Source: Paraspadella gotoi
Taxonomy: Eukaryota; Animalia; Chaetognatha
Direction: 5' to 3'
DNA length: 64,000 nt
Assembly: GCA_051294375.1 (NCBI GenBank)
Contig: CM119271.1
Coordinates: forward strand, 10,972,338-11,036,337
This document shows, one piece after another, positions 24,545 to 36,721 of the stretch; positions within the stretch are counted from its first letter, which is position 1, and each line of letters opens with the position of its first letter. The translations under genes and the position numbers were made by a program. The notes under the pieces were generated by a model. The model searched no databases, was not told where the DNA came from, and saw only the letters and a list, made by a program, of their open reading frames with translations.

Positions 24545-25077
24545 AGAAAATGCCGGGAGTTCAAAGAGAAAACGAAAAAGTGAAAAAAAGAAAAAAGAAG
24601 AGAAAGAAAACAGAGAGAGAGAGAGAGAGAAGAAAAAAAGAATATTTTACGGATGTTCTGTGTATAGGCCGTATCTCATCTCATCCTCTTCTGAGCACAA
24701 AGATATTGAAAAGAAAAGAGAAAAAAGAGAGAAAAAATAAACAAGATCCGTCAAGTTCGAGATGTTGCACTCCAGGGGATTTAATATTATTTTATAATGA
24801 ATAATTATATTATATAATTATATTTTCAGATGATCACGGGAAAAATATTTACAAGAAGCAGCTACTAACCCCTACTAATTTACTATCATACATTTTTTAA
24901 AACAAAAAATGATTAAGTATTTTACGAATTATGCATTTTTAAATTTCCAATTATAATTTTTTTTAAACTGACAAAATATGACACATGTAGGGTTTATTCT
25001 TTGTTTATTCAACCTTATCTTTCTACTAAAGATAATTTTAATTTTACACAGATTATATATGTTAAAAATGTAATTAA

Positions 25078-25360
25078 GACAGACAGACCGATGGACAGAC
25101 CGATGGTCAGAACGCGATGGACAGACGCCCGATGGACGGACCGATGGACGGACCGATGGACGGACCCCGATGGAAGACGCGATGGACAGACCGATGTGAA
25201 CGGATCCGAGGATACGGACCGATGGACAGACCGAATGGATGGACCGATGTGACAGACCGATGACAAGACCGATGGATTAGACCGATGACAGACCAATGGA
25301 GAGACCGATGGACAGAACCGATGGACGAGACGCTGAATCGGACCCGATGGACAGACCGCA
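25078..25360 (+). repeat. Degenerate 12-bp GACCGATGGAC(A/G) array
   Basis: Same unit as 28826-29040. Confidence 0.85.
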
Positions 25361-26886
25361 CGGTGAATCAAGACCTCAGGAAAAAATCCTGGATGTAACC
25401 ATCTCATATTAGAAATATTATTAAAAATGTCCCAATCCTATCTTGGTCTCAGACGGTCAAAACCGAAAAACAAATGTAAAAAAATTATTATCCTTTTCTT
25501 TTCTGGTAATTAACCTATCTTTTCCTATTTTGAGATGAAACCGAACCAAGTTTATCCCTATGCCATCCTATTCACTACATAACGAAAAACTTTGTCCTTA
25601 TTTTTTCTGATCCGATTTTAAAGAATATATCATTCTCTTTAAAATAAGCTATGAATTGTTTAGATTCACATCAATTAATTAAGAAGCAATTTTTATAAAA
25701 AAAAAATTGCTTAAAAAAATTTGGTTTCTGAATTTAACATTTGGACTTTTTTTGTCTTTGAGAGGGTCGTTTAGGGATGTTATTCAAGAACCAGATATAT
25801 TTATTATATTTAACAACTAAGGGATTAGGTTTTGAGAAGTCTTGTAATCAATTCCATTTTCTCTCCGATTCTGTTTTACATAAGAGAAATATTTTTCCCA
25901 GATGAGCATCCTTCAAAAGAGAAAATTCAAGAGAATATATAAGAAAATAACTAAACGAATTTTCCAAGGAAAATCCATCAGCTTTCAAGTTTCCCCGTTA
26001 AAAATTGCGGTTTATCCCGACCGGAAGCTCTGACTATGTTTATAGTTGATATATGGTCTTGTTTATATGAGGTATCCTCCGGTATCCTCCGGTTTTGAGT
26101 TTGAAGTGAGATATAAGCTCTGCAGTGAAACTCCTCAAATCAACAAAGAATTTATAGAAATAACTACGAAATTTTTTGTTATTAGTCCAAAGGATTATTC
26201 TGAGTTGAGATAAAGACGAATCTTTTTACAACAAACAGAGTTTTATAAACGGACATGTTTTACCCTCTGCAGTACGAGCCCTTCATAACATTTGAGAGAG
26301 AGAGAGAGAGATAGAGGGAGGAAAGTTGCGCAACAAAAGACGTGGACAGGACAATGGTGAAATTGGTGAGGACAGGTTAAGAATGGGGAGAGAGAGACAG
26401 AAGAAAAGAGAGAACAGAGAAAAGAAAGAGAGAGAGAGAGAGAGAGAGAAGGAGAGGGCAAAGGAAATGGAAACTGTTGTTGGCAACTTTCCTTCCCTCT
26501 ACTCTGCAAGATCACTATATTATAAATTTTGGTTTTTATATTATTATCTGTTGTAATATGTGATGATCACCAATTTAAAAAGATGTTACAATGACTTATC
26601 ATCTGGTTAAGCTGCTAAGTATGTAAAAATATGTTTTAGGGCCATGAGTTTTTATCTAAAATTTGCATATATCGTAAAAACTACTGATTTCAAAATTAAT
26701 TGACGATATAAAATTAACTTCTCGTGTAATTAAAATAGTTTTAAAAAGACGGTAACAATTGTAGGATGATAAACATGACGAAATTTTTTATGATAACTTT
26801 TGCCGTTGGGAATAATGCAATAACGATGAAAAACGGTACCGTGGACATAGCGAATAGTGCCGAAAATCGACTGATCGGAACGTAGG

Positions 26887-27740
26887 AAACAAGTTTGAGC
26901 AAACAATGTCGAATATCTGTAAATTAATTCCATTAATAAATTAAATAATTCAAGTAATAATTAATTAGGCAATTAATTAATTTGAATCCCAAATGTTTGT
27001 TTTAGGTCTTTCGTCACCATAAAAGCAATGACGACGTTATGAGAATAAAGTCGAATACTAATTGACTTGAATTGATTGACTGATTTAAATTAAAATATTG
27101 ATTAATTATTGACTAATTGATTAATTAATTGATTAATTTTGATAATTTGATTTATTAATACATCTGCCCATTGACATTTAATTTTAAAGGAAAGAAGGCA
27201 TAATCAATTAGTAAAACAGGTTTTGTTTTTTTTTCTCATTTCACTCAAAAGAATTCCATCGAAACTTGGATTTCCAGTTTAATCAGCATACCTTTTCTAC
27301 ACAAATACAAAAATTTCAAGTCAATCCACCTCATCCACTCATGGAGTAATTGGTGTTTCAAATAGTTGAAAATATATTTTTTGTTTTTTCCATTTAAACT
27401 CAATTTCCAGCTCGGAGCGATTCCCATCCAAAACTTCCATATACAGCTCAATCACACACTTCCCTACCCACACAGACGATCATAGAACAAAATTTCATTC
27501 TAATTCATCCTCCAATGGCACGAGTAATTGGTGTTTTTTTGCTAGGTGGGACGGATGGACGGACGACATCCGTTTTTTTTGCTAATTTATCATAAATTCG
27601 AAAATGTTCTGAACCATGATATAAGTGAGTGACCGACAATATTCGAGGGGGCGACAGACGGACCGACAAAGTGAATTATATATTATATATTTATATATTT
27701 AATAGAGTTCGGGATTGCTGAAAGCAGATCCGACTAAAAA
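26887..27740 (-). mobile_element. HINE-like element, family B
   Basis: Same AAACAAGTTTGAGCAAACAATGTCG start and GCAGATCCGACTAAAAA end, TTAATTAA-rich block and two internal units as 17374-18070. Confidence 0.75.
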
Positions 27741-27867
27741 TAAATCATAATTTTTCAAAAACGAACGATCCGCAAGAGATCGTAGCGAGAGAGAACAGAC
27801 CCACACAGAAGAGAGACAGACACACACAAGAAAGAGGACGAGAGACCGGAGAGAGACGGAAAGAGAC

Positions 27868-27917
<50 letters not shown>

Positions 27918-28825
27918 AAATAAAAAGTTTCCAACAAAGAAATTGAGATCACGGATAGTTGTCAGATGTGAAGGAAAGTTTAAAGTTAGGGACAGTAGAG
28001 AGAGAGAGGGAAGGTGAGGGGAAAAGAAATTGATGTGAGACAGAGAGAGAGATCTTTAAATGTCATCGATGTTTGTAATAAATTATATTTATTTATTTAT
28101 TTATTTTATTATTTATTTAAAATTATTAATTTATCTTACTTTTTTGTCGTAATTCGCATGCAAAATCGTTATAGTCATTCAGTCAAGTTATGGTCTGTCA
28201 CGTCATGTCTTGTCATCTTATGATAAATTTAACGTGATAAAGGCAGTCACTTGAAAACGGAATACATTTGAATTACCTGTTTCTTGTTTTTAGAAATTGT
28301 TTTGTTCATGTGGTGTTTGTTTTTCACAATTCAATATAAAATAAACATTTAAATGCCTTAGAATTCTCGTCGTCGCTTCAAAAAAGTCAGAATAAGCCAT
28401 TTTGAAATTGGAAACGAGCATCTCAAACTAATATCAATTTCATATTTCATAATTGTAAGTATAGATAAGTAAAACTAAATCTTTTTTATACAAAAACATT
28501 TTCACAATGAAAAACCTTTTTTTAGCTTAAAATATGTACAGTGATGAGGAATTGTGATTAGAGAAAAAATATTTTGACATTTTTCTTTTAAAATAAAGAA
28601 TTAAAAGTCAAAGACTGCAAATAAAGAATTAAATCTCGGCTGTTAGAATAATTTTATTTAATCAAAATAATGAAACAGGTGGTGGGTGGGATGGCGGCTA
28701 GATCCAAGAGATTTTTCCGTGGTCGGATTGTGAAACTGGATGGTCTGTGTAACTCGGTAGAAGGGTAACGGAGATGGTAGGAATTTTTCCGTGGTCGGAT
28801 GTGAAACTGATTGGTCCTGTGACGC

Positions 28826-29078
28826 GATGGACGGACCGATGGACGGACCGAATGGAACGGAACCGATGGACGGACCGATGGACGGACCGATGGACGGACC
28901 GATGGACGGACCGATGGACGGACCCGATGGACGGAAACCGATGGACAGACCGATGGATAGACCGATGGACAGACCGATGGACGGACCGATGGACAGACCG
29001 ATGGACAGACCGATGGACAGACCGATGGACGGACCGACCGAAAAGTGACTTAGAGAGTTGCTGCGCTTTAACTGAAAA
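28826..29078 (-). mobile_element. HINE family A 5' end with expanded 12-bp GACCGATGGAC(G/A) array
   Basis: GACCGAAAAGTGACTTAGAGAGTTGC...AACTGAAAA matches the family A terminus and directly abuts roughly 17 copies of the 12-mer. Confidence 0.7.
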
Positions 29079-29239
29079 AGAGAAATAAAATTGCGGCAAA
29101 AAGAGAAGAGAGAAGAAGAGCAAGATGCCTTTCGATTCCAACTTTCTTTTTTCTTTCTTTTTCTATCAGTTCTGAACAAGAGAGAGAGAGAGAAAAAACC
29201 TCGTTGAGTAAACAAAACACCAAAACAATGGACGAAAAC

Positions 29240-29272
<33 letters not shown>

Positions 29273-31064
29273 TTGTTTGAATCTCTTTTCCGCAACAAAA
29301 ACATTGCAGTCTCTCTCTCTCCCAATCTCTCTCTCTCCCTCTCCCCTCTCACTCTCTCTCTCTCCCACCAAAACGCGCCATTCCATCGCCATTTCGACGC
29401 CGTCTCTCCCGGCGCCTCGTTCTCACCAGGCGGCGTTGGATTTCTGGCGCGAAACTTCGCCTCTTGTTTGTTTTTTTTTTCTCTCTCTCTCTCTCTTCCT
29501 TTTTTGTTTTGGTTTCGCGTTTTATGTTTTTTATGTCGTCGTTCTTGTTGTTGTTTTTTGTTGTTTTTATGAGTGACTCGCGCTGAGGATGGGGGGGTGC
29601 TTCGAGAGAAGAGGGGGAGAGAAAGAGGGGGTTGGAGATCGAAACGGCGGTGGTGTGGTTGAGGGTTGAGAAGTAAATTTAAGCCGAAGAAAAAAAAAAA
29701 CTGAACAGGTCGCTTCAGGGAATCAACTGTTTAAATTGTTAACTGTTTAACTGTTAAAAGAATTTGAATGTTCGTTTGTCCGTCCGTACGTCAATCTGTC
29801 CGCACATCGAACCGTCCATCCGTCTTTCCGACCGTTGGTCAAACCATCCTGTTTGTCAATCAAACCTTTCCTACGTGCGTCCCGTCGGTTCTTGCGTCCG
29901 TCCGAGTTTTTCCGACCGCCCGTCCAACCATCCGTCCGTCCTTTCGTCCGTCTTTTTCTTCTCTTCATCCATCCATCTATCCATCCGTCCATCCGTTCGA
30001 CAATCCGTCAATTCGTTCTTTATCAATCCGTCCCCCGAGTATTTTAACTATTTCAACGGTTTTTTTTTTTCATTTTAACGAGTCGACGTTCGCCGTCGAG
30101 CTCAGCCGCAACCGCCTTCAGTGGCCTGTTGAGAAATGACGGGCCTCTTCACAATTTTTTTTTTTGGCGGATCCCTTGCCCCCCTGAAAGCTAAGCTCAA
30201 CCCACTCCCTTGACAATCAACTTAACAATTTATCATTAGCAATAGCAAGGATAAAGTTTGGGCCCTTATAAAAATTACACATAATGTAATATATTATGTT
30301 TAGATTTTAGGATATTTCACGATTATTTCTCTTATATTTCATTATGAATTTTATACAACCAATATAAAAATTATCCACACTCAATAAATAAGCTATATAA
30401 ATAAGCTAACTTTATATAATATTATTTAGTCTCATGAGCTTTTCTTGGGACCCCAAAAGCACGGGCACCACGGCTTCGGGGAGGTAGTCTACCCCCTCTA
30501 CCTGCCCCTGACCGCCCGGCCTTTTCTCCACCCCCTTGGGATCCACCACCTCTACTCCCATGAACCACCCTCCACCCACCCTCTCGACCACCTCATTCCA
30601 CCCCTTCGCCCCTTCCCCCGTTCTCTTCCTTGGCCGACGAATTTCTGCTGAATCAGCATCCAGACCTTTTTTCTTTTTTTTTGTTCGAGGCCGACAAAAA
30701 AAAAAAAAGAACCGACGCCGGCGAAAGTCGAGCCGACAAAATGTCGGGCCGCGAATAATATATATGTTGTCGTCTCGTTAAATTCGTTTTTAAAGATTTG
30801 TCTTGGGCGAAAAATCTTTTAGGAAGATTTTTAAACTCGCGTTGGGAAGACAAAGTTGGGAGCAACCGAATTTGGCGAACGATGAAACTTGAATAAACTT
30901 GTATAAACGTTTTATAATATATATCTCTAGTGACAAAAATGTATTTAATAATTATGAAATTGGAAAGACCAATTCAAAAATTATATCCATTATAAATAAT
31001 AAAATTATATTATACGAATCTTTCAAGACAAAAATGATTTATTAATCATATGACCCGTCAAATG

Positions 31065-31140
31065 GCCTGTCCAAAGTCAGGGGCAACATAGGTTATTTAT
31101 TGAATGAACGGATCATTTCATATTAGTTGTACCAATTTCA
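31065..31140 (-). repeat. Family C partial copy
   Basis: Reverse complement reads GAAATTGGTACAACTAATATG...AATAAATAACCTATGTTGCCCCTGACTTTGGACAGGC. Confidence 0.7.
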
Positions 31141-31476
31141 TAAAATACTTTCAACCAAATCGAATTTCAGACCACACCCTTGGTCCACAATAACCCACAT
31201 TAAACATCACAATGATCCGCTCCAGACTCGATCCGTCTTCTCGACACCACAACCGTCGACTTTTGCCACATCCGGGTTTTCTGGTTCCATTGCAAATTCC
31301 ATCGTCATCCGCCATTGACGCCGCAATTGCGCCTCCATTTTTCTTTGACACTTTTTTCTCTCCTTTTGCTACTCAATCTCGTCCTTCCCTTCCTCCTTCT
31401 CCTCCTCTTCCTCATTCTCCTCCTCCTCCTCTTCCTCCTTCTCTTCTTTCTCCTCTTCTTAAAACCTTCGAATTCT

Positions 31477-31805
31477 GGCACTGTTCTCCGAGAGCGACCC
31501 ATTTTTGTTCCTTTACCCCGGGAATTAAATTTAACTTTAATATTTAATCTAAAGATTAAATATTGCTAAACCCTAACCTTAAACCTTTATCCTTAATTTT
31601 TAACCTGAACCCCTAAACTTAAACCCTAATCCTTAAGCCTAATCACTAACTCTAATCTCTAACCTAACCCCTAACCTTAATCACCAACCTAATCCATATC
31701 CTAATTCCTTACCCTAACCTCCGAACTCATTTTTTAAGGAAAAAAAAATTAAACTAATTCAAAATTTAAGATGAAATTGGTCGTTTTGGGAAAATAAGGC
31801 ACAAA
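31477..31805. repeat. Element with internal degenerate CCCTAA-like repeats
   Basis: Starts GGCACTGTTCTCCGAGAGCGACCCATTTTTGTTC, similar to GGCACTATTTTCTTAAAAAGCGCCCAATTTTTGTTC at ~42006 and ~48764; CCTAAC-like core; weak inverse GGTCGTTTTGGGA near 31779. Confidence 0.45.
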
Positions 31806-31969
31806 GGGAGGGGCTATCAGTTTCATTTCTAAGAAATACGAATGGTTATTTTTAATCTTCATTTCCAACTCATTCCATCTCCTTTTCTTTCCCATTTTTT
31901 CTTCTCGCAATCTCAAGCAACTGTTGTGTCTTTCATGTCCAATTCTCCATCATTATCCGAATTTTTTTT

Positions 31970-32235
31970 TTTTAGTTGCGCCGCGAGTACTCCCGTAGCA
32001 ACTCTATAAGTCACTTTTCGGTCGGTCTGTCGGTCGGTTGGTATGTCTGTCCATCGGTCATTCCCACTTGTGTTAAAAATCCTCATAATTCGCTGATAGT
32101 CGGTTGCTCATTTGTTAAGTCAGGAAAAAGCCTCAAATCTAAGCGACTCCTAGCGCCGCCTTCAGGAAATTATAAGACTATAAAGAATAAAAGTCAATGC
32201 GGCGCAACACACATTCGAATTTCCGTTCTTGTTTT
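31970..32235 (+). mobile_element. HINE/DINE-1-like element, family A
   Basis: AGTTGCGCCGC at 31974 and its inverse GCGGCGCAAC at 32199; GTCG/GTCT repeats; colinear with the reverse complement of 20299-20562; T-rich ends. Confidence 0.75.
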
Positions 32236-32561
32236 ACTTATTTCTTATTATCAATTTATCTCCCCGCTCCCACTTCACTCACCGATTAACCTAAGTAATA
32301 AAACTATACAAAACATTCTTAATTACCGCTTTAAAATATCCTTACTGCGAATATTCAATACTTTAAAACCACTTCGCCTTAAGCTTTATAAAACACATTG
32401 CATATATAATCCAACATTTTTTTCCCCTTCTATTCTTCACACGTCCGTCCGTCCGTTCACGCATTTATTCTTCGATCCGCGAAGAATCTCAACCTGACTT
32501 TTTCCCCACCCGCCTCCGATCTCCCTTTATCTCCTTAGTCCTTACACTCACCATAAAAATA

Positions 32562-33012
32562 AAGCAGTTTGACCAAACAATGCCGGATCTGCCCACGATC
32601 ATGAGCGGTAATCAGCTCATCATTGATAAATTTATTAATTAATTAATTCATTCAGCTTACATTTACATTATTATAAAAAAACATAAAAAATAGTTAAAGA
32701 GAGTTATTTTTTTTTGTTGATTTAAACTCATTTCCACTATGACGATTCCATCGAAACTTAATTTCCAGCTCAATCACGCACTTTCCTACCCACATACAAA
32801 TTTCCAAGTAAATCGCCTGATCTAATCATGAGCTAAGAGGGGACGGACGGAGAGACAGACGGACGAACCTCAATTCTTTCTTTTTAGATAATCTATCATA
32901 ATTTAATGACAGGATCCAAGTAACTTACCGAGAAGATTTTGGAGCGGAGACCGACAGACCGACGAAGTGAATTACAGAGAAGGAATCTGCCGAGAGAAGA
33001 TCCGGCTAAAAA
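32562..33012 (-). mobile_element. HINE-like element, family B (single internal unit)
   Basis: GTTTG-AC-CAAAC hairpin, GCCGGATCT ... AGATCCGGC inverted pair, GACG repeats, A-run end. Confidence 0.72.
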
Positions 33013-33154
33013 TCTCAGACTCCGTCGATGCAAAACTCACTCGTTTCTCCTTTCCATCATCATTCCGATGCCTCACCTTGCCTCCTCCTCCTCCTCCTCC
33101 TCCNNNNNNNNNNATGCAGAGGTGTTACCTGTGTACAGAAGGAACGGCGTATGA

Positions 33155-33172
33155 TCCCGCCGCGCTTTGCTT

Positions 33173-33243
<71 letters not shown>

Positions 33244-33347
33244 CGAGAGAGAGAGGGAAGCGGGAAGAAAGAGTGAGAAGAAAAAGGGGAGAGAGAGGGA
33301 AAGAAGAAAGAGATGAGAGAGAGAGGAGAGAGAGAGGAGAGACAGAG

Positions 33348-33378
<31 letters not shown>

Positions 33379-36300
33379 AGAAGAGAGGGGAAGCCGGGAA
33401 GAAAGATGTGAGAGAGATAGAGGGGAGGGCGAGGCGGGAAAAGAGAGAGAGAGAGAGAGAGAGAGGGAGGGAAGAGCAGAGAGAGAGAGTAGAGTAGAGC
33501 GGGAGAGAGAAGAGGAGAGAGAGAAGAGAAGAGAGAGAGAGAGAGGAGAGGTGGGGAAGAAGAGATGAGGTCGTATCGGGCATAGCAAAGTTCACCCGCC
33601 TCTAAGCTGACACCTTTCAGTCCTGGACCCGGTGGTTCATGAGTAAGCCATCAGCTCATGACCACTAGTTACCGGGTTCAATCCCACCCGGTACCTGCCT
33701 CGCGGAAGTGTGAGGATGGCGTAAGCGCGCCTTGGGGGCGTGAAAAACCCTCAAGCCTGGTTCCAAGCCCAGGACCTGTTCATAGCTGCAAGAGGGGTAA
33801 AAAGTTACGGAAGTCATCTTCAGCCCACTTAGCGCCTTATCACACAGGTGAGCCCATCCTTCGAGCGTATTCCAAGCCTTCTGATTCCAGCCCATGGACT
33901 GCTGAAATTGCTCCCCTCCCTCCACTGGAAGCAGTGCAGGGTGATTACAATCTGGGGGGGCATGTAGTTCGGGATAGCAAAAGTTCACCCGCCTCTAAGC
34001 ATGACCCTTCAGTCCTGACCGTGGCTCATTGATAAAGCCATCTAGCTCATGACCACTAGGTACCGGGTCAATCCCAACCCTATGCTGTACTTACCTCGCG
34101 GGAAAGTGTTGACTGTCCTGTGAAGCCGCCGTTGGGGGCGTGAAATCAGCCGGTTCCAACGCATCCTAGATCCTGTTCCCATAGCTGCTAGAGGGTTAAA
34201 GAAGTTACGGGCATACTCATCTCAGCCCACTTTAGCCCGCCTTATCCACACAGGTGAGCCCGATCCTGTCAGCGTATCCAAACCTTCTATTCCAGGCCAT
34301 GACGTGCTGAAGATTGCCTCCCTCCCTCCACTGAGCAGTGCAGGTGAGTTACAATCTGGGCATGTAGCGGCATAGCAAAGTTTCACCCCCGCCTCTAAGC
34401 TATGACACTTCAGTCCGACCCGTGGCTCATTGAGTAAAGCCATCAGCTCATACCACTAGTACCGGGTCAATCCCAACCCGGTACCTACCTCGGAAGTTGA
34501 GACGGCCGAGCCGCCTTGGGCGTGGAAAACCCTCAAGCCTGGTTCCAAGCCCAGGACCCGTTCCCATAGTCGAGAGGGGGTTAAAAGTTACGGATAGTCA
34601 TCTTCAGCCCACTTAGCGCCTTATCCACAAGAGAAGGAGAGGAGGGGGAAGCGGGGAAGAAAGCGTGAGAGAGAGAGATAGAAAGAGAGAGTGAGAGAGA
34701 GAGAGAGGCGGGGGGGAGAGAGAGAGAGAGCGGGGGAGAGAGAAAGAGAGAGGAAGGTGGGGAGAGAGAGAGAGAGAAGGAGAGAGAAAAATGAATGAAG
34801 AAGGACTGAATATGAATGAAAAAATGAATGAAGGAATGAAGAAATGAATGAATTAAGAAATTAATCAAAGATTGAATGAAGAAATGAATGAAAAAATGAA
34901 TAATAATGAATAAAAGAATGAATAAAAGAAATGAATAATAATGAATAAGAAGAATTAAGAATAATAAGAATGAATGAAATAAGAATCAAGAATGAATGAA
35001 AAATGAATAAAAAATGAAATGAATAAGAATGAATAAATGAACATTGAACAGTGAACAGTGAAAAGAGCAAAAAAAGAAAGAAAAAGTCAAACGTTCCGAA
35101 AGAAAGAAAGTAATTTCTATCAATGCCGAAAGAACATACGTACAGAAAATAATCTTAAAAAGTTAGGTAAACAAACAAAATATAAAACAACAAAACCAAA
35201 GCTTCGTAGTCAAAAGCATCAAACCTCGAGGCAACAGTAAAAGGGTAAAAATTGTGAACGATAAAAAAAAGAAAAAAAAAAAAAAAAGCGATAAAAATAA
35301 ATAGAAAAATAAAAATAAAAAAAAAAAGGAAAAGAGAAAAAATAAGGAAACAAAGGGAGGAATCATGCGATGCGCGACCTTTTTTACTCCTCCTTTTCCT
35401 CTTCCTCTCCTCCTTTTTGCTCCTCTTCCACCTCCTCTTACTTCTCCTCCTCCTCTTTTCCTCTTACTCCTACTCTCTTCCTCCTCCTCTTCTTCTTTCT
35501 CCTCCTCTTCTTCCTCCTTTTCCTCTTACTCCTCCTTCTTTGTGCTTTTCTTCCAACTCCTCTTACATCTCTCCTGCTCTTCGCCTCCTTCCTCCTCCTC
35601 CCTCTTCCTCTTCTCCTTCTGCTCCTCTTCACCTCATCTTTCTTCTCCTATCTCTCCTCCTTTTTCTCTTCACCTCCTCCTCCTTCTGCTCCTCCTCTTC
35701 CTCCTCCTTCCTCCTCCTCCTCTTCCTCTTTCTCTTCTCCTCCTCCTCTTCCTCTTCCTCCTCCTTCTCCCCCAGAAAAAAAATATGGAAAAAATCAAAT
35801 CTGAGAAAAGGGGAAAAAAAACGGACGGACCGATGGTTCCTTTTTTCTGGTTCCATAAACTCGGTTCCTCCTTCTGTCCACCTTTTTTTTTGTTTCTCCT
35901 TTCGGTTCCGACTAGAGTTCCACCTTTCTCACCAGATTTGAGGATTTGTTCTGTCTTAACAAATGAAGCAACTGTTGGATGTTGTTGTTGTTCTTCATCT
36001 CGAGTCCTTCGATGTCCGCACGAATTTGTCTCCAACGCAACTAAAAACCTACCAACGCCCCCCAACCTCTCTTCTCTAAACTCTCCCACCTTTAGCCACC
36101 TTCCTCTCCTCCCCCCTTCCTCCCTGCTCCCTTCCCCTTCTGCTCCCTCTGCTCCCTTCTCCCTCTTCCAATCTTCCGCCGAAAAACAAACGCGAAGAGA
36201 ACAAAAGAAAAAAAAAATTCGAGCCGAAAAAAAATATTATTCAGAAATGCGCGGAAGTGAAAAAAAGGTGAGGGAACGAGGTGCAGTGCGGGCGTGAAAT

Positions 36301-36655
36301 GGTGCGGGGCCCATGTGCGGTGCGGGCGTGAAAAGGTGCGGGACCCAGGTGCAGTGCGAGCGTTAAGTGTAGGCTGGACTGCAATGCAGTGCGAGCTTTA
36401 AAAAGTGTTTTTAAAATGTGTTGTGAAATGTACGGAACCAAGGTACGGTGCGGGTGTAAATAGGTGCGGGACCGAGGTGCAAAGCAGGCGGAAAATGGAG
36501 CAGTGCAGTGTCGGGCGAGAGTGCGAGCAAGAGATTAGGCTACGGTGCATGCTGGCGAAATACAGACAAGCTGCAGGTTCGAGTACAGGAGACCCAGTAG
36601 AAGAGCTTATGTCAAAGAATAACTCAAAGGCGCAGATGGCGACCGACAGAGCGGC

Positions 36656-36721
<66 letters not shown>

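Noticed and set aside
28658-29392. Repetitive proteins (SIGP/WTDR/MDGP repeats)
   Set aside because: A 12-bp DNA repeat open in several frames and attached to a HINE end.
33626-33695. Functional tRNA gene
   Set aside because: No proper acceptor or anticodon stem; only promoter-box-like remnants.
33658-34032. 124-aa ORF in the tandem array
   Set aside because: The frame is not preserved between units and no domain is recognisable.
33570-34629. Hammerhead ribozyme in the tandem monomer
   Set aside because: CTGAAGA/CTGATG seeds exist, but I found no correctly placed stem II-GAAA-stem III-NUH on either strand.
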